From: an uncultured SAR86 cluster bacterium
Lineage (GTDB): Bacteria; Pseudomonadota; Gammaproteobacteria; Magnimaribacterales; D2472
DNA length: 64,000 bases
Direction of reading: 5' to 3'
Assembly (NCBI GenBank): GCA_902601475.1
Contig: CACKNK010000006.1
Span: 1,621 to 65,620 of the forward strand
The notes under the pieces were generated by a model, which did not search any database, had not been told where the DNA came from, and worked only from the letters and a program-made list of their open reading frames with translations. Below, in pieces: positions 63,932-64,000 of this stretch. The translations under genes and the position numbers were made by a program. The number at the start of each line of letters is the position of its first letter. Positions within the stretch are counted from its first letter, which is position 1.

Positions 63932-64000
63932 ATGAGTTTACAAGTAAAAATCATTGGATCAAGTCATGCTGGGGCTAATGTTGCATACAACTTAAGACGT
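63932..64000 (+). CDS. 5' end of an FAD/NAD(P)-binding oxidoreductase (partial, runs off the window)
   Basis: MSLQVKIIGSSHAGANVAYNLRR looks like a Rossmann dinucleotide-binding N-terminus. Only 23 codons are visible. Confidence 0.4.
   Translation, partial: MSLQVKIIGSSHAGANVAYNLRR

Overview
This window reads as one contiguous chromosomal segment from a low-GC, tightly packed gammaproteobacterium. A streamlined marine lineage such as SAR86 is my inference only. I count about 62 protein-coding genes. Most are separated by 0-20 nt or overlap, and several use TTG or GTG starts. I see no rRNA, tRNA, CRISPR array, transposase or phage genes, and the longest non-coding gaps (about 325 nt and 123 nt) are too short to hide them.

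Nearly everything is core housekeeping in orders known from E. coli and Pseudomonas:
- iscS(3' end)-iscU-iscA-fdx-iscX, with hscBA absent from the operon
- ndk, then rlmN-rodZ-ispG-hisS-yfgM-bamB-der
- sdhCDAB-sucA-sucB-lpdA-sucCD
- murJ-ribF-ileS-lspA-ispH, ampD-ampG, groES-groEL
- rpsP-rimM-trmD-rplS, xerD-dsbC-hom-thrC, prfB-lysS and mdh

prfB carries the classical +1 frameshift site.

The only clearly accessory segment is about 50.8-59.2 kb, the position recJ occupies in E. coli. It carries a GNAT gene, a 2,232-aa secreted mosaic protein, an AhpD/CMD-like gene and a small secreted protein. The giant protein runs: FecR-like N-domain, a poly-Ser/Asp/Glu tract, seven cadherin-like repeats, about 1,100 aa I cannot assign, and a terminal beta-barrel-like module. 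It is the best candidate here for something undescribed, but I see no multi-gene system around it.

The second notable feature is that ribosomal proteins S16 and L19, in the same operon, both carry long acidic Glu/Ala/Pro-rich extensions. The S16 tail is encoded by nucleotide-perfect 132-bp tandem repeats.

All family calls come from motifs I recognise in the translations and from gene order. No searches were run, and domain boundaries are approximate.
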